A stretch of 64,000 nucleotides of DNA from the human T2T-CHM13v2.0 reference genome, Homo sapiens. The stretch's first letter is position 1, and each line of letters begins with the position of its first letter. Below, piece by piece: positions 44,259 to 60,759 of the stretch. The stretch lies in NCBI RefSeq assembly GCF_009914755.1, contig NC_060925.1; one strand, given 5' to 3'. The notes under the pieces are model-generated. The model made no database searches. It saw only the letters and a list, made by a program, of their open reading frames with translations, and was not told where the DNA came from. The position numbers and the translations under genes are program-made.

Positions 44259-45113
44259 CTCATAATACATAAATTTAAAAATGTTTGCAGGAAATCATTT
44301 AATATATAAACACATAAATTCTAAATGTATAAGAATGTAAGAATCTGGGAAACATTAGTGATAAAGCAGATATACTTTTCAAGGAACAAACTAAAGAAAG
44401 ACAGCAATTAAAATCCCAACAATCCAAATCCACAATTACAGTTTGAGATATCAACATTCATATCTCAGCTATTAATAGAATAAGTGAAAGAAATCAGAAA
44501 AATAGAGAAGACCTAAACACCATTAACAGTCTACCTTAGGTGTTTGTTTATAAAACCTTTAACCAACAAAAGAATACACAAATACCAGTCATAACAATAG
44601 ATCATATACTGTGAAAGAAAACAAAAATAGCCCCAAAGATACATAATATAATATTGTACCATAACAGTATTAAATATGAAGGAATTATTAGAAATATATC
44701 AGCAATTTGCCTATATTTTGAAAATTAAAGAACACACATCTGAATAACCCCAAGGGCAAAAAAAGAAAGTATGTTAAATTAGAAATATTTTGAATTGAAC
44801 AAAAATGAAAATATAACATACTTATATTTGTTATATGCAAACAAACAGTGTTTAGAGAGTAATTTATCACATTAAATACTGATATTAGGCAGGAAGAAAT
44901 ATATCAAACTAATGCTTTATGCTGCCACTTTAAGAAATAAGAAACTAAAAAGAGAGGATCAAGAAGACGAAATTAAAACAAACAGGTAGTAGAAACAAAT
45001 GGCCAGTAGGAGGGATAAAATGGTGTTCACATGGGAAAAAAATCATGAACTTGAGAACAGAAAAATAATGAGGAAGGCAGATTACACCGAAATCTGATCT
45101 TTGTGAAGATCAG

Positions 45114-45750
45114 TGTAGTAGACAGAATCTTAAGATGTCTTCTTTCCTTCAAGTTTCTGTTCCTGGTTATTCAACCAGGCACTAATCTATATAGTGCTAT
45201 GAAGGGACTTTGCAGATATAATTAAGGTTAATAATCAGAGAACTATAAAATAAGGAGACTATCCTGAATTATCCAGGTGGTCTCGGTCTAATTCCTGAGC
45301 CAATAAAATAAAAGTTAAAGCCAAAAGAGTAAGTTGAAGAGATGCAGCAACAGGAGATATCAGGAGAACTCAAACATGAAGCATGCCATCAGTGCTCTGA
45401 AATAAGGGCCAACATGCAATGATCAGAGAGAGTCATTTAGGAGCTAATGTCATCTCCCAGTTGAGAGCTAGTCAACAAGGGAATGGAGATCTTAGTCCGA
45501 AAACCACAAGGAATTGGATTCTGCCAACAACGTGAACGTGCTTGAATGGGGATTTTTCTCAGAGCCTCCTGATAAGAGCTCAGCTGGTTGATACCTTGAG
45601 TTTAGCCCTGTGAAACCCAAAACAGAGAAAGTCATCCAAGCTAAGCCAATCTAGACTTCTGATCATCAGAACCATGAGAAAATAAACTTGATGTTTTCAA
45701 CTGCTCAATTGTGTAATTTTTAAGGCATCAGGAATTAGGAAACTAATATG
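45114..45750 (+). mobile_element. MaLR solo LTR, MLT1E-like, nested in L1
   Basis: tgtagtagacagaat...gggactttgcagat...ggaaactaata. Confidence 0.85.
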
Positions 45751-46764
45751 ATGAATATAATCATTAAACTTCCTGCAGGATGACAAAGAAAGAGAAAGAA
45801 AGAAATTTTAAATATGAGGTACTAAAAAAAAGGACATTACAATAGAGCCCACAGAATTTATTAGGAAAATAGGAAATGGCATGAGAAGCTCTTTGCCCAT
45901 AAATTTAACAACTTTTAAAAGTCCTTTAAAAAACACAAATGCCAGGACCAATCTAAAAGAAATACATAATCTAAGATGTATTATATCTATTAAATAATTA
46001 TTTTTATAATTAAAAACTTCCAAATGAGGAAAATGCCAAGTCCCAACAGTTTAATGGTGAATTCTACCCGACATTTAAGAAAGAAGTAGTTTCAAATGTA
46101 CAGAATTTCTTCCAGAATATAGAAGTGAAGGGAATGCTTTCAAATTCATTTTAAGAGACTAGCATTAATATGACTCCAAAAACAAATTATTATAAAATTT
46201 GAAATCTGCATGTTACTATTTCTCAAGAACATTGACAAAAAACTCAAATTTAGTGCAAGAATATTTAAAAGTAGGTCATGGAAAATAAGTTTACCCTGGC
46301 AATAAAAACTGCTTCAGTAATCAAGAATTGATTAATAAAACTCACTGTATCTACAAACAAAAAAAAGAAAAAACGTATGATCATCACAATAGCTGCATAA
46401 AAATAATTTGAGAAAATTCAATATTTGTGATACAAAATCTAAGCAAACTGAAAAGAAAATAGGCTTTCTTAAGCCTTTTAAGGTAGACTAAAAATCCCTG
46501 CAGATAAAAATATACTTACTAGTTGAAGAAAGGTTTTCTTTTAAGAGCAGAAAGAAAGTGAATGTATCAGATGTCATTACTGTACTGAAGATCTTAGCCA
46601 GTGAAATTAGTCAAGAAAAAGACAGGAAATGCATAAAATTTGAACATAAATAATTTGTTTCTATACAAAGGTGACATAAATATCTACAAGGATTAACAAC
46701 CAATCTATTTGTAAATATCTTCTAGATCAAATAAGTTTACCAACATTGCAGAATATGAGGTCAA

Positions 46765-47010
46765 CACACACACACACACACACACACATATATCCTGTAT
46801 ATGTGTATATATATACATTCTGTATATGTGTATAAATATATAAAATACATAATACATATATTATAGATGTATGTATATTATACATACATATTACATACGT
46901 ATGTGTATGTATCTATAAAGATGTGCTGTGACATAAAACAAAAAACCCAAAAGATACATAATATACACACACAAACACATACATATATGCACGTATAATG
47001 TATTATAACA
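46765..47010. repeat. (CA)n followed by a TA/CA-rich low-complexity tract
   Basis: Seen directly in the sequence. Confidence 0.85.
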
Positions 47011-49028
47011 ATGAGCAATTGAAATTAAAATTTAAAGTACAAATTTTCAAAAGCAAGAGAAAGCATGAAAAATGTAGGTATAAAACTAACACAATATTTT
47101 TACTACCTGTATGTTGAAAACTACAAAACACTGATGAAAGTAATCAAAGAAGATCTAAATAAATGGGAAGTTATATAAATAAAATGGAAAATTGTTTAAG
47201 TCTTAGAATGCATAGTATTTTAAGATGTCAATTGTAAACAAATTAAAGAAAGTATTCAAATTTATGTATAGTTAAAATTCTACTAGAACTTTACTGAAAT
47301 TAACAAATTGATTCTTAAATTTACATGGAAATGAAAACAAATAAGAATATCCAAAACAATTTTGATAAAGTACAAGATTAGACGTATCACACTACCTACT
47401 TTCAAGATTTTCTGTAAAGTTACAATAATCAAGACAGTGTAATATTACAGATATATACACAGTTAGATGACTAGAACAGAATAGTGTGGTTCAGAAATAG
47501 GCTCATTCTTTATGATTTATTAATTTTAAGTATATTTAATTAATAATAGATAACATTTTTAACAATAGTGTTGAAAGTTTTTGACATTGACAAGCAGTAA
47601 AATAAAGAATCTTGATCCGTACCTTGCATTATATAAAAAATTAACTCACAATAGGACATGAACTTAAATATGAAACCTAAAATTATAAAACTACTAGAAG
47701 AACACATAAGAAAATATATTTGTGGTCTTTAATATGACAAATATTCCTTAGATATGTCACCAGAAACATGTACCATAAAAGCAACAGCCAAGGTAAGAAT
47801 CCCTGCTCTTGATGTACTGTTAAATGAGTAGAAAGGCCATATAAACTGAGAAATACTGTGCAATCACTCCTCCAATAAAGGGCTTGTATATATAAAGAAC
47901 TCCCAAAACTCAATAAAAAACAAACAATCCAACAAAGAAAGGTAATAGAGTTGAACATATTAAAATATCCTCAACATCATTAGTCATTAAGGAAAACACA
48001 ATGTAATCTGGCAATAAGATATCATTACATACTTAATAAAATGTTTAACGTTCAAAACAAACAAGCAAATCATCACAACAGTAACAATGAACTAAAAAGA
48101 CCATATGTTTGCAATTAGGAAAGACAAATGAAACTCTCATACATTGATTGTGGGAATGCAAAATGGTAGAGCTATGTTGGAAAAAAAGATTTGGCAGTTT
48201 CTTACAATGTTAAATATACATTTACTAAAATATCCAGCAGTCTCACTTCTAGGTATCCAACTAAGTGAAATGAAAGCTTATGTTTATGCTGAAACATGCA
48301 AGTGAATATTTATAGAAACTTTACTTGTGATTGCCCAAAACTATATTCAAAATGCCTTTCTCTTGGGTGATGGATAACCAACTGAGGTACATCCACACAA
48401 TGGAATTCTGCCTACCAATTTAAAAGTATGACACATTGAAAAGTGCTGGATCATATATGGATCCCAAATGAAAAATGCTAAATGAAGGGAGTCAGAATGA
48501 AAAGGCAGTGAGTCATGTGAATTCATTTTTTTGACATTCTAGAAAAGGTAAATATGTAGGAAGAAAACAGATCGATGGTGATGGGGCTGTGGAGGAGGTA
48601 GCTGACTAAAAAGTGGCATGAAGAAATTTTCTCTGGAAGCCTTCCATATTTTGATTGTGATTCTGTTCACTTGATTGTATACCTTTGTCAACACCCTCAG
48701 AAATGTAAACTGAAAACAGGTGTGTTTTGGTCAATGTAATTTATTTTTAAAAAAAACTGAAAAGAAGATAATAGTATTTTTTCTTGCTGTTATTAACCTA
48801 AATGTTAACATGGGAGTATAATTGTATATAAAAATATCTTAAAAGCTGGATTATTTGATTTAAACAACATTTGCATTAATTTAAAAATTACAAGAAAATC
48901 AATTCTGTATTATACAAAGCAATATTTTTAAAAGATGTTAATTTATATCATTGATTATAAAGATCAAATAAACTTAAGTTACATTTAAGCATTATTCTTT
49001 GCCCTAGGTTTCTATTCTAATCAAAATA

Positions 49029-49893
49029 CAGTAGATTATCATGTTTGCAGATTATTTGAGAATTCACCTGCTTGCTATAATTTGTTAATTCAAAATAAAT
49101 GCTCATGAGCTTTTGTGCTCATTTGCAGTCAGGGTGGTAAAGTATTTGAGTCACATGATGCACACTTTCCTAGCCGAGACAGACTAAGACCACACGCTAC
49201 CTTACTTTTTTTTCAGCTGTTATATTGAAAAAAAGTCTTATTTGAAATCTATTCAACCTTTTAGGTTTTTTGTTTATTGTTTGTTTGTTTGTTTTGTTTA
49301 ATTCTGTGAAAAAAAATATGACCCCCAAACATAGTGCTTGATATGATTTGGCTGTGTGTCCCCATACAAGTCTCACCTTATAAAGAAAAGTCTCACTCTT
49401 TCTTTTATAAAGAAAAGAGTCAATTATACCTCTTTTCTTTATAAATTACCCAGTCTAATACAGTGCTAAAACACTGCCTAGTGTTCCTAAGCACAAGAAA
49501 ACTGCAATGTGCTTTAAGAAGAAAATAACATATGCTACAGAAGCTTCCTTTGGATATGAGTTATAGTGCCGTTGGCCATAAGTTCAACATTAATGAATCA
49601 ACAATGCCATACATCAAGAAAAGGTGGAAAAAATTTGTTGATCTGTATATGAGGCTACTGAAGAAGCTGCTAACATAACATCCCTAGTATATGCTGAAGC
49701 TATAGAAAAGATGGAAAAGTGACTACATTTATGAATTCACAAATGGTGAAAATTTTTAAAAAACATACCAGACGGCATTCTTCTGAGGCTGAAAGCCAAA
49801 GAAATTTATGGTTATGTTACTCAGGAGCAAGAGAATATTAAGTCCTTCTTGGCTAGTGCTGGCTGGTTCACATGTTTCAAAATGTGATATGGC
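49029..49893 (+). mobile_element. TcMar-Tigger fossil (MER82-related) with decayed transposase N-terminus
   Basis: TA+CAGT terminus. Conceptual translation gives EAIEKMEK*LHL*I and FLASAGWFTCFKM*YG, matching the CENP-B/Tigger HTH motif FxASxGWFxRFK. Confidence 0.8.
49339..49462 (+). mobile_element. Internally deleted THE1/MST solo LTR
   Basis: tgatatgatttggctgtgtgtcccc...ctaataca with exact 5-bp TSD GTGCT. Confidence 0.88.
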
Positions 49894-50561
49894 CTTTTTT
49901 TTTAGTGTCACTATTACTTATGCTGTATAACATCTTTTAGTACAAAAGCCAACAGAGCTGAACTCAGAATAAATCAAGAGTTTGAGTACATTTTGTAAAC
50001 AGAGTAAATTGAAAAATAATATCTAAATGAGAAAACATTTCAATATGTGTTATAGCCTGAAGGGAAAAACAAGTGCCCTACCTTGATAAATTTATCAACT
50101 CTAAATAATTGAATGTATCAGTTGTCAGGAATACTTCATGTTTCTTAATTTTTTAAAATAGACTCAAATATTACTTTAACCAGTGGAGGAACCCATTTCT
50201 AAAATTTTTTATTATAAGCCTTAAAAGTAAACAACAATAACAACAATAAGACATCTAAAGAAAAAGGGCTCAGTATACTAAATCTTCATCATTTTATTGT
50301 AATCAATATATAATGATACTATAAATACTCCTAGAGTACTTGATCTATTCATACTTTGCCTAATATATAAAAGTAAGGCTAATAACTCCATGGTATTCAA
50401 ACAGTGCAAATATTCTTATGAAACTATACTTGTACACAATTGTGATTTTAGGTTATTGTGAAGATTGTCAAGCATTTCTTCTTCATGATAATCTTTCCAA
50501 TAGTCTTTTCTATCTATGAAATAAGATATATCCCAGGTGTTATTAAGTATACTTAAGTTAT

Positions 50562-50733
50562 TTCAAAATAAATGCTCACAGCTTTTTGTGATCATTTGAG
50601 GACAGGGTGGCAAAATATTTGTGTCACATGATGCACCTGTTCTCAACTGAGATAGAATAAGATCACGTTCTACTTTTTTTCACCTCTTATACTGCAAAAA
50701 AAAAAAAAAAAGTCCTATTCATAATCTATTCAA
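50562..50733 (+). mobile_element. Second copy of the Tigger/MER82-like segment
   Basis: Colinear with 49090-49257. Confidence 0.8.
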
Positions 50734-52014
50734 TACTATGCTTTCAAGCACCTTTGAGCTTTAAGTATATGTAATAAAACCTAGGCTATATCTTATTTCA
50801 TTTATGTAACAATAGCATTGTATTGATTGTTGTTAGATAATTATCTATGAACCCCACTGCCTTTTTGTTTTTCTGCATTAGTTGCTTTTACCTCTTTTAT
50901 GCTTTATTTTATATAATGCTGTAATTTATCCTACATGTATGTAGAATTATACATCTAAGAATTTTGATTATAATCTGCATTTAAAAGGGTCATGTAAAGC
51001 TTTTAATTAGTAAACTGATTTAACAAGAAGGATCAGAATATTGGAAAAAATAATGCTTTTACAGCCATTTGATTGAGTACCTACATGTTTCTGTAGGATT
51101 TCAAAAATCTATACTCAGTAGAATTCTATGTTGTAAACCACCTTTGCATTGGAATTGAGCTGTGAGAGGATATTTACTCTTAAAAATTGGTGCACAATAA
51201 GAAAATCAGGATATACACTGACGTATTAAGACTGAGCAAGGATAAAGACAGCATTACAGGAGAAGAGAGACGAATCATTTGCTTTTTATAAAGGATTAGT
51301 TTGGAAATCCCTCATCATTTGTATAATCTTCTTTATATATCTAAGTGACATAAAATATTACATATAGATTTTTATCTAAGAGAAAAAAATGTAACAGCTA
51401 AGTTGTCTCTGAGATTTTTGTTTAAAGTAATAAATTTGAAATCCCTTAAAAAATTTAAATAAAATGCTGCATTCTTCACTATAGTGGTAGTGTGAGAATT
51501 ATCTTAGCAAACCATCTTCTTTCCAGGTAATCTGTTAATTTTTCACCCATTAAAATATAAAAGCTCTGCTGCATTTGTGTACTGTGTTAGACAATTTGCA
51601 AAGTTCAACCTTCTGATTTTTTTGTGGATTCTTTTATTTTTTATTTGACATCAGTTAATGCTCTAGCTGCATTTCTAAAGACCTGTCATTAATAAAATAA
51701 TGTATTTTTGTTGTACTCCAAACTATTTAATAATTTCATGCATATCACAAACCTGAAGATTAGTTAAGAATCAATAATGTTTAACTTTTTTCTCAATGCA
51801 TCTGTGTGAAATTTTCATTCTTTCCAAAACATTAACAACCTCAAGCTATTTTATTCATCAACAATTTATGTCTATAAACTCTACTTTACCGAATAAAAAT
51901 GTTTATTTTATTTCAATTATTTAAATAATACAGATAAACAAGACATGGTCAAAAGGCTGGGCCACAGGACAGTCGCCTGTGCCTCACACTCAGTGGGAGG
52001 GGGAGTGACACATT

Positions 52015-52168
52015 AAGTATACTTCTCAAGTGTTTCACCATAAAAAATGATAGGTAAGTGAGGTACTGGATATGTTAATTGGCTTGATTTAATCCTGCCA
52101 CATTGTATACATATATCAAAATATCACACTGTACCCCATAAATGTACACAACTATGATTTGTCAAGGA
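52015..52168 (+). mobile_element. L1MA 3' UTR tip
   Basis: ggatatgttaattggcttgatttaatc...accccataaat...tttgtcaa. Confidence 0.8.
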
Positions 52169-52884
52169 AAACACGGGCACAAATGCCCTAGATAGAGGTG
52201 ACCCTTGCAGGTGTCTGTAGATCTATTCTGGGGAGTAACTCTCACCCAGTACTTCCATCTCAGATATTCAGCAGAAGTAAACATTTCAAAATTGTATTAT
52301 ATATTGGGGCTAGGCCTATTGATATTCTAACTGGCTCTCCTCTCATTAGTTTCAGAAGAAGGGCAGGGCAGCCTGAAGGTTATTAGGTGCTCATTAAGAA
52401 AAAGCTTTAATGTGATAAACCAGGAGCATAAAATAATAGTACTCCGATGTTGTGACACAATATTTAATGATCTTAGTCTACAAGCTGATGTTAAGCAAGA
52501 GTTTTTAAATTATCATGCTTCATCAGGGATCAGAAAGTAATTAAAAGGCAGTTAATGTGCTGCCATTTTTCATTTCTCAACAGATACACAGAAATTAAAA
52601 AGCAGAAATAAAATAATTTTTAGTCTTATTTAAGCTTCAACTACATAAATCAAGGACTAAATTTGCAATCCCTAGGCTTTCTCACTAGCGCTTAATATTC
52701 TGTTTCTAAGACATCCCACATATCACTGATTTCCTAAAAGGTCAAAATTTATTTGGTCCTGATTTTACTGCAAGACTTGGTTGTAAGAGTGCAGCAAAAG
52801 AATCACAATATCAACTAGTACTCTCTTAACATACCATGTGTAAAACCATAGAAAAGAAAATAACATCCCTGATCCTTTGCCTTC

Positions 52885-52887
<3 letters not shown>

Positions 52888-52930
<43 letters not shown>

Positions 52931-53209
52931 AGACGGAGTCTCGCTCTGCCGCCCAGGCTGGAGTGCAGTGGCGCGATCTCGACTCACTGCAAGCTCGGCC
53001 TCCCGGGTTCACGCCATTCTCCTGCCTCAGCTCCCAAGTAGCTGGGACTACAGGCGCCCGCCACCACGCCCGGCTAATTTTTTGTATTTTTAGTAGAGAC
53101 GGGGTTTCACCATGTTAGCCAGGAGGGCCTCTATCTCCTGACCTCGTGATCCACCCACCTCGGCCTCCCAAAGTGCTGGGATTACAGGCGTGAGCCACCA
53201 CGCCCGGCC
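52888..53209 (-). mobile_element. Young AluY
   Basis: CpG-rich body, 42-nt pure T run, perfect TSD tgccttctactttt. Confidence 0.97.
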
Positions 53210-54482
53210 TGCCTTCTACTTTTGAAACTGAAGAAAAACAAGGTAGCATATAGACAAATATATATCTCAACATGGGCTAAAAGATTCAAGTTTAAAAAGA
53301 ATGATCCTTTGCTGGGGGTGGGGTGGTGCGGATTATATAAATCACATCATATTTAGAAGACTTCATTGGTTGTTCTCTAGGTAATGGTCACAGTGGGCAC
53401 CCTCATGAGCACCTTCCCTCATCATAGACCAAACCCACCACCTCAGCGTCCATTTATTCTTCAAAAGGATGACAATTAGCACAAAATTGGACCTCTGGTG
53501 TCCATTTATTCTGAATGCATGTGACTTTATTTCAGTTTCTGGTTTACTATTTGAACCCCAGCTTAGATACAGGCTCTGTTATTTGTGTATTTCCTAAATT
53601 AACTTTTTGAGATATTTATTATTATTACAACTATTAGAACATTCTCTATTCAAGGAGCATAACAGAAGACTACAGTTTAAAAATCCCCAAAGACATTTTG
53701 AATGCATACATAATCAGAGAGTAAAGTTTTCACCAGTTGAAGAATTTCTGAAAGAATACAGCTGTAAAATGCAATTACTTAGTGTTCTATAAATTAGTGA
53801 TAAATAATTAAAGATAAAAATAAAATAATAGTCACCAATAACTATTTGTACATGTCACATGTGGCTTCGGCAAATTAACTGATGATTAGATCAACATTTT
53901 CTTCCTAAGGTAAAAATAATTTAAGGTGCTTGTAATACATACTAGTAGCAGTGTTAAAGACAAATCTTAATTTGATTTATAATTTGCTGAAAGCACCTTC
54001 TTTCTATAACTAATCTGATATCTTATATCTATACACTTTGTCTGAAATTCAATATATTTTTTAGCTTCTGAGATCGATAAACCAAAATTGGATCATCCAG
54101 GATGGAAAAATCAGTGTTCTATTAACAGACTGTAGAAACATTTCTTACATAAGTACTATTTAGTGAGTTACAAAGATTCTTTACTTTTAATGCTTTACAT
54201 GGTTTACCTTTCCAATCACATACATGAGAATTGTTTTGATAAATTTTAAAAAATATTTTCTGAAATTAATTTCATCATGTTATTGCAAAAAAATCAATGG
54301 AAGAAACATGACCATGTTTAAATAGTGCAAACTCTCTGTTGCTGCTTCATGAAAGTGAATTACAAGTCTTACATTGTTTCTTTAGTAAAGATACTTAATA
54401 TTCATCACATAAGAGGACAGATGTAAAGTGTAAGCCCCTGCTGAAATGCAAAGCATAAGTGTTTCATTTCCTGTCTCAGTAG

Positions 54483-55198
54483 AGCAGTGGGTTGAATAGT
54501 GCTTCTCAAAATTCATCTTCACCCAGAACCTCAGAATATGACTTTATTTGGAAACAGGGCCTTTACAGGTGCACTTTAGGTAAGGATTGAGATAAAGTCG
54601 TAATGGATTAGGGTGGGCCATAAATCTAATGAGTATCCCTTATATAAGAGACAGAAGAGTACACATAGAAACTGTATAGGGAGAGGAGGGCAATGTGAAG
54701 ACAGAAGTAGAGATTGGGATTATGTTGCCACAAGCAGAGGCACACCTGGGGCCACAAGAAGAGAGAAGAGGCAAGTAGTGATGTTGCCCTAGAGTTTTCT
54801 GAGGTAGCATGACGCTGCTGACACCTTGAATTCAGACTTCTAGCTTCTAGTCTCTAGTAATGTAAGAGAATAAATTTCCTTTTTTGTTTATTTGTTTGTT
54901 TGGACAGAGTCGCTGGAGTGGAGTGGTGCGATCTCAGCTCACTTCAACCTCCACTTTCTGGGTTCAAGCAATTCTTGCCTCAACCTCCCGAATCTCAATC
55001 TCCATGCCCAGCTTTTTTTTTTTTATTTTTTTTTTATTTTTTATTTTTAGTAGGGACAGGGTTCTACCATATTGATCAGGCTGGTCTCAAACCCTCGGCC
55101 TCAAGTGATCCCCCCACTTCTGCCTCCCAAACATTTCTGTTGTTTTAAGCCACCAGATTAGTAAAAATTTGTTATGTGAGCTCTGTGAAACTAACACA
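54483..55198 (+). mobile_element. MaLR solo LTR, MLT1C-like, split by an Alu
   Basis: gggttgaat...gaacctcagaatatgac...gaaactaacaca. Confidence 0.85.
54879..55130 (-). mobile_element. Old Alu (J/S), truncated and internally deleted
   Basis: Alu antisense motifs ending cctcccaaa. Confidence 0.85.
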
Positions 55199-55518
55199 AG
55201 TTGAAAATTACAATGGTGTCTCCACTCTCTCTAAACTTAGGGTGGTTGTTAGCTTGGGAGAAGTTTCAGAAGACCAGTTTTGAAACAAAAATATTGATTC
55301 TAATATAAAGCCATTAAGATGAGATTAATTTAGACTATGACCAAAAATCTGAGCCATAAATCACACATTTATAAATATATAAAAAGTTATATAAAGACTA
55401 TGTAAGATATAAAGGATATGATAAATGCAAACGTCCCTTAGCCTATGAGAAATGAGAATAGAGTTTATGAAGACAACAGTGAATTTACCAGATTGTTTTC
55501 ATAAAGTTAGAGAATGTC

Positions 55519-55817
55519 GGCCGGGCACGGTGGCTCTGCCTGTAATCCCAGCACTTTGGGAGGCAGAGGCGGGCGGATCATGAGGTCAGGAGATCGAGAC
55601 CATCCTGGCTAACACGGTGAAACCCCACCTCTACTAAAAATACAAAAAATTAGCCGGGCGTGGTGGCGGTCGCCTGTAGTCCCAGCTACTTGGGAGGCTG
55701 AGGCAGGAGAATGGCTTGAACGGGGAGGCAGTGCTTGCAGTGAGCCAAGATCACGCCACTGCACTCCAGCCTGGGCAACAGAGCGAGACTCCGTCTCAAA
55801 AAAAAAAAAAAAAAAAA
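55519..55817 (+). mobile_element. AluY
   Basis: Full dimer. TSD aaagttagagaatgtc / aaaattagagactgtc. Confidence 0.96.
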
Positions 55818-55829
55818 TTAGAGACTGTC

Positions 55830-56560
55830 TTGATTAGAAGGAACCTTTAAGGTTACCTAGTTTTTACCTAGTTTCTATTTCAGTATCTCATCATATAGTT
55901 GAATCTCCTCTTTAAAATTACTTCTAAAGTTCCTTCAGCTTCTTCTTGAACTTTAGTGGCAGAAAAAAATCACTCCATTTTTAGACAAGCTTGTCAGTAT
56001 CTTCTTCATGATAATAAGCCCAAACCCCTGTTCTGCATAGGAGACCTTCAAATACTTATGTCTTATTCAGGCAAAAATGCACACTTCTTCCTAAAATTTC
56101 TTATATGATATGATTCATTTTCTAGTCTTCTTGTCATCCAGATCAAAATCCTATGGAAACAATATGACTCATTTATGGATTTCTTAAAATAAAAATTTCA
56201 AAATTAAAAAAGATTCTAGTGATTCTAATCAAGAGAGTAGAATCATATTGGCTTCACTATCTATATCTTTATATTATTTCAGTTTAGGTTCCATTAGCAT
56301 TGTTGACAGTCAAGTTACTCCTTTAGTGCAAAAATCACCATTAGTGCTTATTGTTTTATATTTCTGCTTCTAAGTTATTTTTTCATTAAGTATTATTTTC
56401 TGTACTTAAGGACAAAATTTTACATTTTTCTTATTTTTTATCTTGTTAAATTATAAGGGCTCTCCATCTCTATTCTAACTTTTTAGCTTACCAATTTTGT
56501 AATGCAACATGTCTGTTGCTCTCCCTCCCAATTTCATTCATGAAAAGGTAGAAGTATATC
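55830..56560 (-). mobile_element. L3/CR1-like fragment
   Basis: ttagaaggaaccttt...; ccttcaaatactt; degraded CR1-antisense motifs. Confidence 0.5.
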
Positions 56561-57599
56561 TTTTATTTTAACATATGGTTATATTTATAATATTATTAAC
56601 TTTTACTAAAATTTTAATTAAGCTGGAAGCTGAATTAACGTAAAAATATTAATACGGGTGAAAATTCAAACCATCTTTTACTGCAAAGCAGTCCTGAAAA
56701 AAAAAATTGAAAACTAGTGCTCCTCTACAACCTCTAAATACTAGTTGAGTTAACTCCCAGAGTCTGGATTTCATCTTTTTTTCCTCCTTTTGGCTTATTA
56801 GTCCCTAATGCCTAGTAATTTCAAAATAAATTGCTAAGTTAATAAATGAATTTGACTTATCTTAATGGGTCTCTTCTGATTTTTGTTTGTAGGCCTAACA
56901 CCTTCTTTCCCTTGTGATTTTAATTCCATTTATCCTGAGAATAGCGGAAGGTCAATTCCTCATTCAAATAATTAGTATACAGCATTATTTCTGGATGTAC
57001 AGAGAGTGACTCATCCACATAATTTGTATGGGACTTCATCAACAATAATTTTGGCCATATAATATGAAAAAGAAAAATTGAACAGATCACTGCATATTAA
57101 TTAAATAATAAAGTTATTAAGTAACCTCTCTCAAAAATGTAAAATTTACCTCTATTGATTAAGATTCACCTAATGATGTTTGCCAAGCTATACAGGATGA
57201 AGTATTTCTTAGGAAGGCTACCCAGTTGGTCAGAGGATAGACATTTTCTTAAAATATTCACTATAGAATAATATCTTATTAGAACTGTAAGGAGGAAAAC
57301 AGTTATTTTTTGCTGTTGTTGTTTAGGTCTCCAGTTGGTTGAAACCAAGAAGACTCTCCCACAGTTATCTAGTGTAAAGAAATTGATATATAAACTAGAT
57401 TGCACTATTTGTTAAACCTATAAAAAATAAACTGGATTAACAGGTCTTTTCCTCAACATTTTCTCTCCCACTGTCTATTTGTGGGTTTAAATTATAGGCA
57501 CTGAGATATAAATGAGCCTTAAATAAGGGTGAGAGGTCAGCTGAATAATTTATATAGCTAGAAAATATAGTTATAAAAATATAAATTATTTACTAGCAT

Positions 57600-60150
<2,551 letters not shown>

Positions 60151-60759
60151 ATCTCTCCCCACTAATTGCCCTAGAAACTTGGAGGCTTACTCAATTAAGA
60201 AAGGTGAGTCCTGCTTCTAAGAGCCCACAGGCAAAACACAGGCTTCCCATGTATCTGCTGGTATCAACTTTAATACTGTCCCTATCGACCGTTGTCATGA
60301 GTGTCCGGTTGGTCTTCTAGTAATGTTTTACAGTCTTAAAGGGTGAGGAAACATGTCTTATTCACAATGTAACACTCATCTGTGGTGGTTAAAAATCCCC
60401 ATGATCTTATGCTTTATTAAATATTTTTAACCACAAGTATTAACGAAGCATTCTACCTAGACCAGAGTACTATTTTGAGAGAAATTTTCCCAAATTTCTC
60501 AGTCTTATCCAAGGACAGGCATGCTCTGTGTTTACAGTTCCAAATTATTGCACTTGCATTACAATAATATCCTCTGACATTTTCACCCAGAACATTACTA
60601 CATATGTAAACTAATGAACCTGTGGATTTTGGTGTAGGAAACATCTCAACAAATTACAAGTTCTAATAGTCCGGGACCCCAAAATTTGAGAGGCTGGAGT
60701 TGGATTATCCGTGTTTTCCGGAAAATTTCATGTAAAATTAATTTTTATTGACCAGGTCC

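Larger units (their letters stand above)
42270..48760 (+). mobile_element. Composite of old L1M (L1ME/L1MD-like) fragments
   Basis: ORF2-like stretches at 42270-42700 and 44400-48300; 3' UTR ends near 48760. Probably more than one element. Confidence 0.72.
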
